A stretch of 32,324 nt of DNA, from positions 1 through 32,324 of the forward strand of contig JBJTQJ010000018.1 in assembly GCA_046075565.1 (NCBI GenBank). The letters are read 5' to 3'. Shown piece after piece: positions 9,265-19,700 of the stretch (within the stretch, counting starts at the first letter, position 1; each line of letters opens with the position of its first letter). The notes beneath the pieces are model-generated. The model saw nothing but the letters and a program-made list of their open reading frames with translations. It was not told the DNA's origin and searched no databases. The DNA is from Verrucomicrobiales bacterium (lineage in GTDB: Bacteria > Verrucomicrobiota > Verrucomicrobiia > Verrucomicrobiales > SLCJ01). Both the position numbers and the translations under genes were made by a program.

Positions 9265-10251
9265 TTACACATCATTCTTCAATTCCGCAAGCGGCGGAAA
9301 CTCGATATCGCCAATTTGTTCCGGGACCATGGAGTAGGAGTTCCCATCCCAAGCGATGCCATGATGCCAATGAGCAGGCCGCGCTGTCGGGGGGAGGCCG
9401 TCGTGGCCGGGCAGGCGAGGCCAAAGGGCATGGAGCACTCCGCTGGCCATTGGTCCAAGCTCGGTTGTCGTGCGAACCCGGTGGCGGCGGTGCTCGAGAT
9501 CGACCTGAGCCATGACATTGAGTCCGTAACCGCGCAGGATATCGACGAGGTGGGCGGCTTCGACTCCGTAACCGGAAGGGAAGGGGAGGGCGCGGTGCAA
9601 GCTTCGTCGCATGGCATATTCGCCGCTCAAGGGCTGGATGATGCCGGCCAGTTCGGGGAAATGCAGGCTGAAAATCGGACGAATGAGGATTTCCGTGACA
9701 CGTCCGCCTCCAGGGTCGGGTTGTCCGCCATCGGGCGCGAGAGGGCGTTCGTAGAAGGCTTTCGAAAAGAGCAATGTCTCGTCATCCAGTAGGGGGCCGA
9801 GCAATCCGCTCACGAACCAGGCTTGGAAATTCGAAATATCGCCGTCGATGAAGCAGAAGATGTCGGCTTGGCTCACGAGCCCTGCTTTCCAGAGGTTTTC
9901 GCCTTTGCCACCAGGGGAAGGGAATTGAGGGGCGATGGTCGATGCCAGATGGACGTGTGCGCCGGCGGCCTTGGCGATGGCCCGCGTGGCATCGGTCGAA
10001 CCCGAATCGATCACGTGGATTTCATCGAGCAGGGTGGTTTCTTCCATCCACGCGTGATGGGCGATGCTCACGATGTCGCCGATAGTGGACGCTTCGTTGA
10101 GCGTTGGAATTACCAGGGCGATGCGCTCACCGGTCCTGTCTTTGCCCGCAAGCAAGGACTCGATGGAGAACTCCCGATGGTGCCGAGTGCGGCTTGAGAA
10201 CCAGGCCTCGACCTCGGCCGTGATTTCGGCTTCCGGACGGGCCGGGGTCAT
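9265..10251 (-). CDS. gpgS: Glucosyl-3-phosphoglycerate synthase
   Basis: VIPTLNEASTIG, IDSGSTD, GKGENLW, FIDGDI, KAFYERP, GGGRVTE, QPLSGEYA and GYGVE motifs. Confidence 0.9.
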   Translation of the reverse strand: MTPARPEAEITAEVEAWFSSRTRHHREFSIESLLAGKDRTGERIALVIPTLNEASTIGDIVSIAHHAWMEETTLLDEIHVIDSGSTDATRAIAKAAGAHVHLASTIAPQFPSPGGKGENLWKAGLVSQADIFCFIDGDISNFQAWFVSGLLGPLLDDETLLFSKAFYERPLAPDGGQPDPGGGRVTEILIRPIFSLHFPELAGIIQPLSGEYAMRRSLHRALPFPSGYGVEAAHLVDILRGYGLNVMAQVDLEHRRHRVRTTTELGPMASGVLHALWPRLPGHDGLPPTARPAHWHHGIAWDGNSYSMVPEQIGDIEFPPLAELKNDV

Positions 10252-10814
10252 TCGCCGCGGGCGCGGGGTTCGCGGCTCACCTGAGTGCCGCCGGTGGACG
10301 TGACAAACGGTCCGCCTTCCAGAGGTGCGATGCCAGTGAAGGCGACATCAGGCATGTCGGTCGGTTTGCCAGCGAGGGGAAAGTCTTTCCGCAGCGGGAA
10401 GTAGGGATAACCTTCCCACATGAGGATGCGACGGAGATCGGGGTGGTTGCGAAAGCGGATGCCCATCATGTCGTAAACTTCCCGTTCGTGCCAATCGGCG
10501 GTCGCCCAGAGGTCGGTCACGGAATCGATTTCCGGAGCGTCCTCAGCCATACGCGCCTTTATTCGCAGATGAGTATGGTGGCCGAGCCCGTAAAGTTCGT
10601 AGACCATTTCCCAGCGATCATTTTCACCCATGTGGTCAATGCTGGAGATATCGAGCAACAAATCAAAGCCAAGATGGTTCTGGCAATGGCTCATGAGTTC
10701 GTGCACTCGCCCGGCCGGAATATGAATGGTGGTTTCGCCCCGGAATTCGACGATCGATAGAATGGCGTCGGGAAACTTTTCCTTGAGGGATTGAACGGCT
10801 TCGTTGGCGGTCAT
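10248..10814 (-). CDS. nuoC: NADH-quinone oxidoreductase subunit C
   Basis: FRGETT, ADWHEREVYDMMGIRFRNHPDLRRILM and PLRKDFPL motifs. Confidence 0.95.
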   Translation of the reverse strand: MTANEAVQSLKEKFPDAILSIVEFRGETTIHIPAGRVHELMSHCQNHLGFDLLLDISSIDHMGENDRWEMVYELYGLGHHTHLRIKARMAEDAPEIDSVTDLWATADWHEREVYDMMGIRFRNHPDLRRILMWEGYPYFPLRKDFPLAGKPTDMPDVAFTGIAPLEGGPFVTSTGGTQVSREPRARGE

Positions 10815-10844
10815 GGAACTGCGCGGGAAAAAGGATGTAAAAAA

Positions 10845-11378
10845 TCAGGTAAAGCTGGCGAGCAGTTCCTTTTTCTGGTCGACGAAGGAGGACTCGGTTT
10901 CGATTTTGCGTTGCAAGCGCATGAGGCCTTCCAGCAAGGCCTCCGGACGCGGCGGGCAGCCGGAGATATAAATGTCCACCGGGATCAAATGGTCGATGCC
11001 CTGAAGCACGGCGTAGCTGCGATACATGCCGCCCGAGGAAGCACAGGCACCCATGGCGATGACCCATTTCGGTTCGGGCATCTGGTCGTAAATGCGTTTC
11101 ACGGCCAAGGCCATTTTATAGGTCACGGTTCCGGAAACGATCATCACGTCGGCTTGGCGGGGAGAAAACCGCATCACTTCCATTCCGAAGCGGGAAATAT
11201 CGAATCGGGATGCTCCGGTCGCCATCAATTCGATGGCGCAGCAAGCCAAACCCATCGGCATTGGCCAGAGGGAATTCTTGCGCATCCAATTGATGGCCGC
11301 ATCAAGGCGGGTGAAAATGATATTGCCCTCGACTTTCGAGTCGTAGGCGGCGATGGGCGCTTCGTTGGGGGGGACCAT
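10845..11378 (-). CDS. nuoB: NADH-quinone oxidoreductase subunit B
   Basis: [33 protein letters not shown] and GCPPRPE motifs; true start likely ATG 11378, not 11933. Confidence 0.95.
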   Translation of the reverse strand: MVPPNEAPIAAYDSKVEGNIIFTRLDAAINWMRKNSLWPMPMGLACCAIELMATGASRFDISRFGMEVMRFSPRQADVMIVSGTVTYKMALAVKRIYDQMPEPKWVIAMGACASSGGMYRSYAVLQGIDHLIPVDIYISGCPPRPEALLEGLMRLQRKIETESSFVDQKKELLASFT

Positions 11379-11516
11379 GCGGGTTAGGGAGATTTCGTCT
11401 AAATGATACGATAAAGCCGGGGGCAGGGGAGACAAGGAAAATATGGGCGGCGGCACGGCCAGGTCCCGGCCAGATTGGCGTAATTTTCGGGGGGCGGTGA
11501 TCGTATTGGGGCTGAC

Positions 11517-14426
11517 GTGTTGAAATCCCCCCGGCATTTTCTCTATTTCTCCCTCCCGGTTCTTCTCGGGGTGGGATTCATCGTCCCGCTTTTTCAAGCC
11601 GAACCCGCAGGCCCGACGGCGCACTCGGCGACCGGAAAACTCGACTTCAACCAGTCGATCCGGCCGATTTTGAACCAGCATTGCACGGCCTGCCACGGCG
11701 GGGTGAAAAAAGCAGGAGGGATTTCTTTCCTTTTCCGTGAGGAGGCCATGGTAGCCGGTGAATCCGGCAAAATGGCCATCACTCCGGGGATCCCGGCCCA
11801 ATCGTCCATGCTGGATCGCGTCGTCGATACTAAAGACCCGATGCCGCCGCCGGAGCATGGGCACATGCTCGGAGAAAGGGAAGTGAAACTCCTCCGCCAA
11901 TGGATCGAAGAAGGGGCGGAGTGGTCGGACCACTGGGCATTTGTCGCGCCGAAGCGCCCGGTCGTGCCCGCCGCGCCGGAAGGGCTGTCGCCAATCGATG
12001 CTTTCGTGCGCGCCCGATTGACAAAGGAAGGGCTCTCACCTGCGCCGGAAGCCGATCGAGCCGAGTGGTTGCGACGGGTGAGTTTTGATTTGGTCGGCTT
12101 GCCGCCAACGCCGGAGGAAATCGAGGCATTTCTCGCCGACCGGGAAAACGGTGCCTACGAACGGGTGGTCGATCGTTTGCTCGAATCGCCGCGATATGGC
12201 GAAAGATGGGCCGCCGTGTGGATGGATCTGGCGCGTTATGCCGACACCAAGGGTTATGAAAAAGATCCCCACCGCGACATGTGGCCGTGGCGCGATTGGC
12301 TCATCCGTTCGCTCAATGCGAACCGCCCTTACGACCAAATGATCACCGATATCATGGCAGGCGATCTTATTCCTGGGGGCACACTCGACCAGAAGCTCGC
12401 CACCGCATTCCACCGCAACACACAGGCTAACACCGAAGGCGGCACGGATGACGAGGAATTCCGCACAACGGCCACTCTGGATCGCATTGCCACCAGTTGG
12501 GCTGCTCTCTCCGGGATCAGCTTCAATTGTGTGCAGTGCCACACCCACCCCTACGACCCGATCCGGCACCAGGAATATTACCAATTCCTCGCCTTCTTCA
12601 ACAATTCGAAGGATGCCGACCTGAGCGACGATTTTCCCAAACTGCGTGTGCCTTCCGATGCCGGGCAGTTTGAAAAGATGAACGCGTTGCAGAATGAGTT
12701 GAACCAGCTCCGTCCGCGCGCCCTCGCGGTGGAAATAGCCGTCGCCGAGGATGCGGCATGGAATCCTCTTTCCATCGAAAAGGCGTCGAGCAAGCCGGAG
12801 GCGGAAATGGTGATCCGAGGAACCATGGCTGAAGCCGTCGGCACGGTTGCGTCCGGTGCGAGATATGAAATCATCGCGCCATTGCCGGAAGGCGCCATCA
12901 GCGGCATCCGCCTGAAGGTCCCCGTCGCCAAGGCACCAAAAGCCGTTCATTCGCCCGAACCCGGATTCATCATCAGTCGGGTGAAATTATTCGTGGTCGC
13001 TCCCGATGGAGCAGGGGAGACGGAAGTGAGCATCGCCCGCGTGGCTGATTCTTCCTCCGACGAACCCCGTGATCCGCGAGGTGTGCTGCGCGACGACAAC
13101 CAGGGCTTTTCCGCCGAACCGGTGCAGCATCGTGATCGTTATCTTCTGCTTTTACCCGCGCAAGCCCTGGCACTCGCGCCCGGTTCGAAGCTGCGTGTCG
13201 AGATCCGGCATGGCCAACAGATTTCCGAAAAACCCGCAGTCACCCGGCGGTTGGAAATCGCCGTGAGCGCTGACGCAAAATGGACGTCCATGGCCAACGA
13301 CGAAACATGGAGGGCCGAGCTGGCCCGCTACGATGCAGCGACCACCGAGATGCGGGCCATTCCCGGCACCGACGTTCCGGTATTGGTCGAACGCGCTCCC
13401 GACAATGGTCGAGCCACCCATGTCTTCATCCGTGGCAACTGGCTGGAAAAAGACAAGACGGCTGTTGCTCCCGGCGTGCCTCATATTTTCCCGTCCTTGC
13501 CGGAGGGGAAGAAGGCCGACCGACTCGCTCTAGCGCAATGGATGGTCTCGCCCGAACATCCGCTGACCGCGCGGGTGGCTGGCAACCGTCTCTGGGAGCA
13601 ACTCTTCGGCACGGGACTTGTCGAAACCCTCGAGGACTTTGGAAGCGTCGGCTTGCCACCTTCCCATCCCGAGTTGCTCGATTGGCTTGCCATACGGTTC
13701 CGGGATGATTTGCAGTGGGATACCAAAACCATGCTGCGCGAACTGGTGCTCAGTGCCACTTACCGGCAGAGCAATCGGATCGGCACCGGTGATGCCGAAC
13801 GTGACCCTCGCAACCGCCTCCTCGCCCGGGGGCCGCGCGTTCGTTTGACCTCCGAAATGGTGCGCGACCAAGCCCTGGCAACCGCGGGGATCCTCAGCCC
13901 GAAAATGTATGGAGCACCGGTCATGCCTCCACAACCGGATGGAGTCTGGCGCTCGGTTTACAGCGGTGCAAAGTGGAACGAATCCAAAGGCGAGGATGCC
14001 CGCCGCCGCGCCGTCTACACGTATTGGAAACGCACGAGCCCGTATCCGAGTTTCCTTTCCTTCGATGCACCCACACGCGATGTGTGCACCGTGCGCCGGC
14101 TTGCCACCAACACCCCGCTGCAAGCCTTGGTCACGCTCAATGATCCCGTCTTTGTCGAAGCGGCCCGTGCCTTGGGCAAACTTGCCATCGAACGCGCTTC
14201 GGGTGATCTGCCGGCCGCCATCAGCCATGCTGTTTTGCGTGTGACCGGGCAACCGGCCGCTGAAGCCGAGATCACTGAGCTGATTTCCCTGCACTCCGAT
14301 GCTCTCGCGACCTATCGTGCCGATGCCGCTTTGCTCAAAGATACCGATGAAGCCGATGCCGAAGCCGCCGCGATGACCACCGTGTCCATGGTAATTCTCA
14401 ACTTCGACCGGGCCATGTCGAAATAA
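11517..14426 (+). CDS. DUF1553/DUF1549 (PSD1/PSCyt) planctomycete cytochrome c domain protein
   Basis: [14 protein letters not shown] and [11 protein letters not shown] heme-binding motifs; [28 protein letters not shown] and [13 protein letters not shown] motifs. Confidence 0.92.
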   Translation: MLKSPRHFLYFSLPVLLGVGFIVPLFQAEPAGPTAHSATGKLDFNQSIRPILNQHCTACHGGVKKAGGISFLFREEAMVAGESGKMAITPGIPAQSSMLDRVVDTKDPMPPPEHGHMLGEREVKLLRQWIEEGAEWSDHWAFVAPKRPVVPAAPEGLSPIDAFVRARLTKEGLSPAPEADRAEWLRRVSFDLVGLPPTPEEIEAFLADRENGAYERVVDRLLESPRYGERWAAVWMDLARYADTKGYEKDPHRDMWPWRDWLIRSLNANRPYDQMITDIMAGDLIPGGTLDQKLATAFHRNTQANTEGGTDDEEFRTTATLDRIATSWAALSGISFNCVQCHTHPYDPIRHQEYYQFLAFFNNSKDADLSDDFPKLRVPSDAGQFEKMNALQNELNQLRPRALAVEIAVAEDAAWNPLSIEKASSKPEAEMVIRGTMAEAVGTVASGARYEIIAPLPEGAISGIRLKVPVAKAPKAVHSPEPGFIISRVKLFVVAPDGAGETEVSIARVADSSSDEPRDPRGVLRDDNQGFSAEPVQHRDRYLLLLPAQALALAPGSKLRVEIRHGQQISEKPAVTRRLEIAVSADAKWTSMANDETWRAELARYDAATTEMRAIPGTDVPVLVERAPDNGRATHVFIRGNWLEKDKTAVAPGVPHIFPSLPEGKKADRLALAQWMVSPEHPLTARVAGNRLWEQLFGTGLVETLEDFGSVGLPPSHPELLDWLAIRFRDDLQWDTKTMLRELVLSATYRQSNRIGTGDAERDPRNRLLARGPRVRLTSEMVRDQALATAGILSPKMYGAPVMPPQPDGVWRSVYSGAKWNESKGEDARRRAVYTYWKRTSPYPSFLSFDAPTRDVCTVRRLATNTPLQALVTLNDPVFVEAARALGKLAIERASGDLPAAISHAVLRVTGQPAAEAEITELISLHSDALATYRADAALLKDTDEADAEAAAMTTVSMVILNFDRAMSK

Positions 14427-14448
14427 CAAACTCCTGCTCCCTCGAGCC

Positions 14449-15936
14449 ATGGATTCCCTTCTCCGCCAACTCCAGCAAGAAACCGTCGGCCTTAACACCC
14501 GCCGACACTTCCTGCGTGACTGCACGACCGGTCTCGGGGCGATGTTCTTCTCCGCCATGGGTGGAAGCGCTCTCGCCGCTTCTCCAGGCAGCCGATTTGT
14601 CCGGCCCCAAGCCGAACCCATGTCCACCCTCGCCCCGGATTTTCCCGCCAAGGCAAAGCGAGTCATCTTCCTCCACATGGCCGGGGCTCCCAGCCAGCTC
14701 GAGCTTTTCGATTACAAACCGGAGTTGATGAAGCTCAACGGCCAGCCTTGTCCTCCGTCTTTCCTAGAAGGGAAACGATTCGCCTTCATTTCGGGTGTGC
14801 CGAAAATGTTAGGCCCACAGTATCCATTTCATAAGGCGGGAAATTCGGGCGCATGGATTTCCGACCGACTGCCGCATTTCGAAAAAGTCATCGACGATGT
14901 CTGTTTCATCAAGTCGATGAAAACCGATCAATTCAACCACGCGCCGGCCCAACTGCTCGTGCAAACCGGCACACCGTTGCTTGGCGGGGCATCCATCGGC
15001 TCATGGGTGCTCTACGGTCTTGGCAGCGAAAATCAGAACCTACCCGGCTTCGTCGTGCTGGTTTCCGGCGGCAATACTCCCGATGGCGGAAAATCCTTGT
15101 GGGGCTCCGGTTTCCTGCCGAGCGTCTATCAGGGTGTGCAATGCCGTTCGCAGGGAGAGCCAGTGCTCTATCTTTCCAATCCACCGGGAGTGAGCCGGGA
15201 TCTGCGCCGGCGCGCCCTCGACAGCCTCGGCCGCATCAACCGGCGTTCCTACGAGGAGGCGGGAGATCCGGAGACGCTCACCCGTGTCGCCCAATATGAA
15301 ATGGCCTTCCGCATGCAGATGAATGCCACCGATGCCATGGACCTCGGGCAGGAGCCGTCGCACATTCATGAACTCTACGGCACCAAACCCGGAAATGAGA
15401 GTTTTGCCAACAACTGCCTGTTGGCCCGTCGTTTGGCCGAACGCGGCGTGCGGTTCATCCAACTCTACCACTGGGGATGGGACAGCCACGGGGCCGGACC
15501 GAATGAAGCCCTGAATGCCGGCTTCCGCGATCGTTGCCAGGAAGTCGATCGACCCATCACTGCGCTGCTGACCGACCTCAAACAACGCGGGCTGCTCGAC
15601 GAAACCCTCGTTGTCTGGGGCGGTGAATTCGGACGGACCCCCATGCAGGAAAATCGTGGGGGAGGTGAAATGGCCTTCATCGGGCGCGACCACAATCCGG
15701 GGGCTTTCACCATCTGGATGGCCGGCGGAGGAGTCAAACCCGGTTACTCGTATGGAGGCACCGACCCCATCGGCTACGACGCGGTCGAGAATCCCGTCGA
15801 AGTCCGCGACCTCCACGCCACCATTCTCCGTTTGTTGGGCTTCGACCACCACAAGCTGACCTATCCTTTCCAAGGCCTCAACCAGAAGCTTGTCGGAGTA
15901 AAACCCGTGCGCGTTGTCGATGATATCATCGCTTGA
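14449..15936 (+). CDS. DUF1501 domain protein (Tat signal)
   Basis: TRRHFL Tat motif; KRVIFLHMAGAPSQLELFDYKP, CLLARRLAERGVRFIQ, WDSH, GEFGRTP and GRDHNP motifs; usual partner of DUF1553. Confidence 0.93.
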   Translation: MDSLLRQLQQETVGLNTRRHFLRDCTTGLGAMFFSAMGGSALAASPGSRFVRPQAEPMSTLAPDFPAKAKRVIFLHMAGAPSQLELFDYKPELMKLNGQPCPPSFLEGKRFAFISGVPKMLGPQYPFHKAGNSGAWISDRLPHFEKVIDDVCFIKSMKTDQFNHAPAQLLVQTGTPLLGGASIGSWVLYGLGSENQNLPGFVVLVSGGNTPDGGKSLWGSGFLPSVYQGVQCRSQGEPVLYLSNPPGVSRDLRRRALDSLGRINRRSYEEAGDPETLTRVAQYEMAFRMQMNATDAMDLGQEPSHIHELYGTKPGNESFANNCLLARRLAERGVRFIQLYHWGWDSHGAGPNEALNAGFRDRCQEVDRPITALLTDLKQRGLLDETLVVWGGEFGRTPMQENRGGGEMAFIGRDHNPGAFTIWMAGGGVKPGYSYGGTDPIGYDAVENPVEVRDLHATILRLLGFDHHKLTYPFQGLNQKLVGVKPVRVVDDIIA

Positions 15937-16004
15937 GTGACGCCTGAATCGGAGCGAGAATGCCGGAGGGGACTTGGCCGCGAGCCCGGAATCCTCTTCC
16001 CCCG

Positions 16005-16721
16005 ATGCGCGTTCACTATTTACAGCATGTCGTCTTCGAAGGCCCGGGGGCTATCGCTACCTGGTTGCACGAACGTCGGTTCCGCGTCACCCGCACGGCC
16101 TTCTATGCCAAAGAACCTCTGCCCATGCCCTCCGAAATCGACGTGCTGATCGTGCTCGGCGGCCCGATGAGCGTGCACGATGAATGCAGTGTCGGTTGGC
16201 TCTCGGTGGAGAAGGCATTTCTCCAGGCGGTGATCGACGCGGGCAAACCCGTTCTTGGCATTTGTCTGGGAGCCCAACTGATTGCCGAGGTGCTGGGCGG
16301 CGAAGTGCGGCGCAATCCATGGCAGGAAATCGGATGGTGGCCGGTGCGGGGGCTCCCCGGCGCCGATGGTGCATCCATCCACCGCTTCCCTGAGGAGTTC
16401 ACGGCCTTCCATTGGCACGGGGAAACATTTGATCTACCGACCGGTTCCACCCTCCTCGCCAGTTCGCCCGCTTGCCCGAATCAGGCCTTCCAGTGGGGTG
16501 ACCGGGTCATCGGCCTGCAATTCCACCTCGAAACCACCGACGATGGATCGGCGGTGCTCATCGAACGTTGTGCCCAAGAGATGTTTCCGGGTCCTTGGGT
16601 GCAATTCGCCGCCACCATCCTCGATGCACCTCAGTCCCACTACGACAAAGCACAGGAAGAAATGGCCCGCCTGCTGGAATTCCTTTGCGCCAAGGTCGAG
16701 AGCGAACTGACCTTGGCCTGA
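16005..16721 (+). CDS. Type 1 glutamine amidotransferase
   Basis: LQHVVFEGPG, LGGPMSV, GICLGAQL (Cys), WHGETF and QFHLE (His-Glu) motifs; start set to ATG 16005. Confidence 0.9.
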   Translation: MRVHYLQHVVFEGPGAIATWLHERRFRVTRTAFYAKEPLPMPSEIDVLIVLGGPMSVHDECSVGWLSVEKAFLQAVIDAGKPVLGICLGAQLIAEVLGGEVRRNPWQEIGWWPVRGLPGADGASIHRFPEEFTAFHWHGETFDLPTGSTLLASSPACPNQAFQWGDRVIGLQFHLETTDDGSAVLIERCAQEMFPGPWVQFAATILDAPQSHYDKAQEEMARLLEFLCAKVESELTLA

Positions 16722-16736
16722 TATCCGCCTCCACGT

Positions 16737-17492
16737 ATGACCGTCCAAACGCCCATCCTGGAGGCCCGGCAGCTCGTGAAACGTTTCGACGGTTTCACCG
16801 CTCTTGATGGACTCTCTTTTTCCATCGCGCCTGGAGAATCACTCGGTCTGTTAGGCGTCAATGGAGCCGGCAAGACCACCGCCATGAACCTGCTGCTCGG
16901 GCTGACCACCCCGACCTCCGGCAGCGTGCGGATTTTCGGCCTCGATTTCTGGAAACACCGGGAGGAAATCCTCCGCCAAACGAATTTCACTTCCGCCTAC
17001 ACCAACCTGCCATCCAATCTGCTGGTCTGGCAGAATCTGCTCGTCTTCGCCCGGCTTTATGGAGTGCCTGACGCGAAAGCCCGCATCGATGAGCTGCTCG
17101 AACTGCTCGACATCACGCACCTGCGCAAGTCGGTCACCGGGCGCCTCTCGGCCGGCGAGTCCACCCGCGTGAACCTCGCCAAGGCCCTGCTCAATCGACC
17201 GCGCCTCCTGCTTCTCGACGAACCGACCGCCTCGCTGGATCCCGATATCGCCGACCGTGTCCGTAAACTCCTGCGCCGTCTCCAGGCCGAAACCGGGCTT
17301 ACCCTTCTCTACACTTCCCACAACATGCGCGATATCGAGGAAGTCTGCGACCGCCTCATCTTCCTGCACGGCGGGAAAGTCCTCGCCGAAGGCACTCCCG
17401 GCGATGTGCATTCCAAATTCAACCGCTCCTCCCTCGAAGACCTCTTCATCGGCGTCGCCCGCGGGGAAATCGATGCCATGGGGATCGAGTGA
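16737..17492 (+). CDS. ABC transporter ATP-binding protein (ABC-2 exporter type)
   Basis: Walker A GVNGAGKT, signature LSAGE, Walker B LLLLDEPT, H-loop TSH. Confidence 0.93.
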   Translation: MTVQTPILEARQLVKRFDGFTALDGLSFSIAPGESLGLLGVNGAGKTTAMNLLLGLTTPTSGSVRIFGLDFWKHREEILRQTNFTSAYTNLPSNLLVWQNLLVFARLYGVPDAKARIDELLELLDITHLRKSVTGRLSAGESTRVNLAKALLNRPRLLLLDEPTASLDPDIADRVRKLLRRLQAETGLTLLYTSHNMRDIEEVCDRLIFLHGGKVLAEGTPGDVHSKFNRSSLEDLFIGVARGEIDAMGIE

Positions 17493-17667
17493 GGATGGGA
17501 AAGGCCAACAAAGAGCGGACTTAGGGGCCTTCATCGGAGTCGGCAAAAAGTCGCAGAATCAGGATTGGGCGAGATGCCTGTTGGGCCCTCGGGGAGCGGG
17601 CGTCGCTCCTTGAACCGTAGCCGCACCCGGTTTGCGCGTTCTTTCCGATTCAATCCGCGTATTTTCC

Positions 17668-17715
17668 AAAGGGGACCGTTTCGTCATGTATTTTGCTGAC
17701 CAAAGAGTCGGTACT
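17668..17715 (+). promoter_or_regulatory. Two candidate operator sites GAC-N6-GTC upstream of the nifJ-like gene
   Basis: GAC-CGTTTC-GTC (17674-17685) and GAC-CAAAGA-GTC (17698-17709); a similar site lies before the Rrf2 gene. Confidence 0.35.
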
Positions 17716-17732
17716 GGTCTTGCTTGTGCCTA

Positions 17733-19700
17733 ATGAACGCACCCACAGTTCCCGTCATGGGCACACTCGACGCCAACGAGGCGGTCGCCTCGGTTTCCTA
17801 CCGGCTGAACGAGTTTTTCGCAATTTACCCCATCACTCCATCCTCGCCGATGGCCGAATTCGCCGATGAGTGGTCGGCTGCGGGCCGGAAAAACATCTGG
17901 AATGTCGTGCCGAGTGTGGTCGAAATGCAGTCCGAGGGCGGGGCCGCCGGAGCTTTGCACGGCGCGCTGATGGCCGGATCGCTCTGCGCCTCGTTCACCG
18001 CCTCGCAGGGATTGCTTTTGATGATCCCGAACATGTATAAAATCGCGGGCGAACTGATTCCCTTCTGCCTGCATGTGACAGCCCGGGCGCTGGCCACGCA
18101 TGCCCTGAGCATCTTCGGCGACCATTCGGATGTCATGTCCTGCCGTCAGACCGGATTCGCGATGCTGTGCGGAAATTCCGTCCAAGAAGCGCAGGACTTG
18201 GCGGTGATTTCGCAGATGGCGACCCTGCGCTCGCGGGTTCCTTTCCTCCATTTCTTCGACGGCTTCCGCACTTCCCATGAGGTCTCGAAAATTGCATTGC
18301 TTTCCGACGACGACCTCCGCGTCCTCATGGATGACCAGGCGATCGCGGCCAATCGTGCGCGCGCCCTCACGCCGGATCGTCCGGTGGTGCGGGGCACGGC
18401 CCAGAACCCGGATGCCTTTTTCCAAGCCCGCGAAGCGGGTAACCAGTTCACCGATGCCGTGCCCGGTATCGTTGTCGCCGCCATGCAGGCTTTTGCTGAA
18501 CGAACCGGCCGCGGCTACAAGCCCTTCGATTACGAGGGGAGCGAGGATGCGGAAGATGTGGTGGTCATCATGGGCTCGGGCGCGGAAGCGGTCGCCGAGA
18601 CCGTCGAATGGCTGAATCGGAACGGACGGAAGACCGGGGTCGTCAAAGTTCGCCTTTATCGTCCATTCTCCGTCGAGCATTTCGCGGCCGTCCTGCGAAA
18701 GTCGGTGAAACGGATCGCCGTGCTCGACCGGACCAAAGAACCGGGGGCCCTCGGTGTACCGCTTTATCTCGATGTCGTGGCCGCCTTGCGCCAGGCCGAA
18801 CGTCTCGGTCTGATGAAGAACACATCGGCCATCACGGTGACCGGTGGTCGTTACGGACTCGGCTCCAAGGAATTCACCCCCGCGATGGTGAAAGCAGTCT
18901 TTGATGATCTGGCGGGCCCATTGCCGAAGCCGGAATTCACGGTCGGCATCAATGACGATGTGACCGGACTCTCCCTCGCTTATGACCCGGACTTCGAGGT
19001 CATCGGATCGGAAGTGAAACAATCCATCTTCTTCGGGTTGGGCTCGGATGGCACGGTCGGCGCGAACAAAAACAGCATCAAGATCATCGGCGAATCCACC
19101 GACAATTTCGCGCAAGGCTATTTCGTTATCGCCTATTCGAGTGTCAGCCACATGGGTTTCGTTTTGCTCGGGCTCGCCAGCGGGAACCGTTGGGGCACCG
19201 GCGGTGCGGTGCTACAGATGATTTCCCACGGGTTGATTGCCGGATTGCTGTTCGGTCTGGCCGGACGCGTTGTCTACGATCGCGTGCATGTGCGCGAGTT
19301 CGAGGCTCTGGAAAAAGAGAATCTCTGGAGCCGGTTGCGCTGGGGGGCGGTGGCCTTCATCGTGGCGAGTGCAGCTTCGATGGGACTGCCCGGTTTCAGC
19401 GGATTTGCGGCCGAACTTTCCGTTCTCCTCGGGGCATGGTCGGCCTTCCCATGGTTGGTCGCTCCCGTCGTGCTTGGTGTGGTCGTCACCGGCGCTTTCA
19501 CCCTGCGGGCGATTCAGAAGGGATTCCTGCCACAACGTGAATCCCGCGCCACCACCGCAACCAGACCGCTGCCTCCTCTCACCTGGCCCGAAATTTCCGC
19601 CACGGTCCTGTTGCTGGCTGCGTCACTCGCCATCGGCTTGTATCCCGCGCCCTGGTGGGCGTGGGTGCTGGATGGACTCCATTACTCATTGGCACCGTGA
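17733..19700 (+). CDS. Chimeric ORF: N-terminal pyruvate:ferredoxin/flavodoxin oxidoreductase (NifJ) fragment fused in frame to a C-terminal NuoM fragment (likely a non-functional remnant or an artefact)
   Basis: 17733-19127: AIYPITPSSPMAE, EMQSEGGAAG, FTASQGLLLM, FFDGFRTSHE, GGRYGLGSKEF, GLGSDGTVGANK, AQGYFV (NifJ). 19128-19700: IAYSSVSHMGF, QMISHG, SMGLPGFSGFAAE (NuoM). Confidence 0.85.
   Translation: MNAPTVPVMGTLDANEAVASVSYRLNEFFAIYPITPSSPMAEFADEWSAAGRKNIWNVVPSVVEMQSEGGAAGALHGALMAGSLCASFTASQGLLLMIPNMYKIAGELIPFCLHVTARALATHALSIFGDHSDVMSCRQTGFAMLCGNSVQEAQDLAVISQMATLRSRVPFLHFFDGFRTSHEVSKIALLSDDDLRVLMDDQAIAANRARALTPDRPVVRGTAQNPDAFFQAREAGNQFTDAVPGIVVAAMQAFAERTGRGYKPFDYEGSEDAEDVVVIMGSGAEAVAETVEWLNRNGRKTGVVKVRLYRPFSVEHFAAVLRKSVKRIAVLDRTKEPGALGVPLYLDVVAALRQAERLGLMKNTSAITVTGGRYGLGSKEFTPAMVKAVFDDLAGPLPKPEFTVGINDDVTGLSLAYDPDFEVIGSEVKQSIFFGLGSDGTVGANKNSIKIIGESTDNFAQGYFVIAYSSVSHMGFVLLGLASGNRWGTGGAVLQMISHGLIAGLLFGLAGRVVYDRVHVREFEALEKENLWSRLRWGAVAFIVASAASMGLPGFSGFAAELSVLLGAWSAFPWLVAPVVLGVVVTGAFTLRAIQKGFLPQRESRATTATRPLPPLTWPEISATVLLLAASLAIGLYPAPWWAWVLDGLHYSLAP

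Noticed and set aside
11379-11933. Long N-terminal extension of NuoB
   Set aside because: It overlaps the divergent DUF1553 gene; NuoB similarity starts at ATG 11378
17593-17612. Hairpin GGAGCG...CGCTCC as an intrinsic terminator
   Set aside because: The stem is short and lacks a convincing U-tract
17730-19151. 473-aa minus-strand ORF and similar long antisense ORFs (12036-12950, 13530-14678, 22148-23155)
   Set aside because: They lie opposite well-supported genes and are expected from high-GC codon bias
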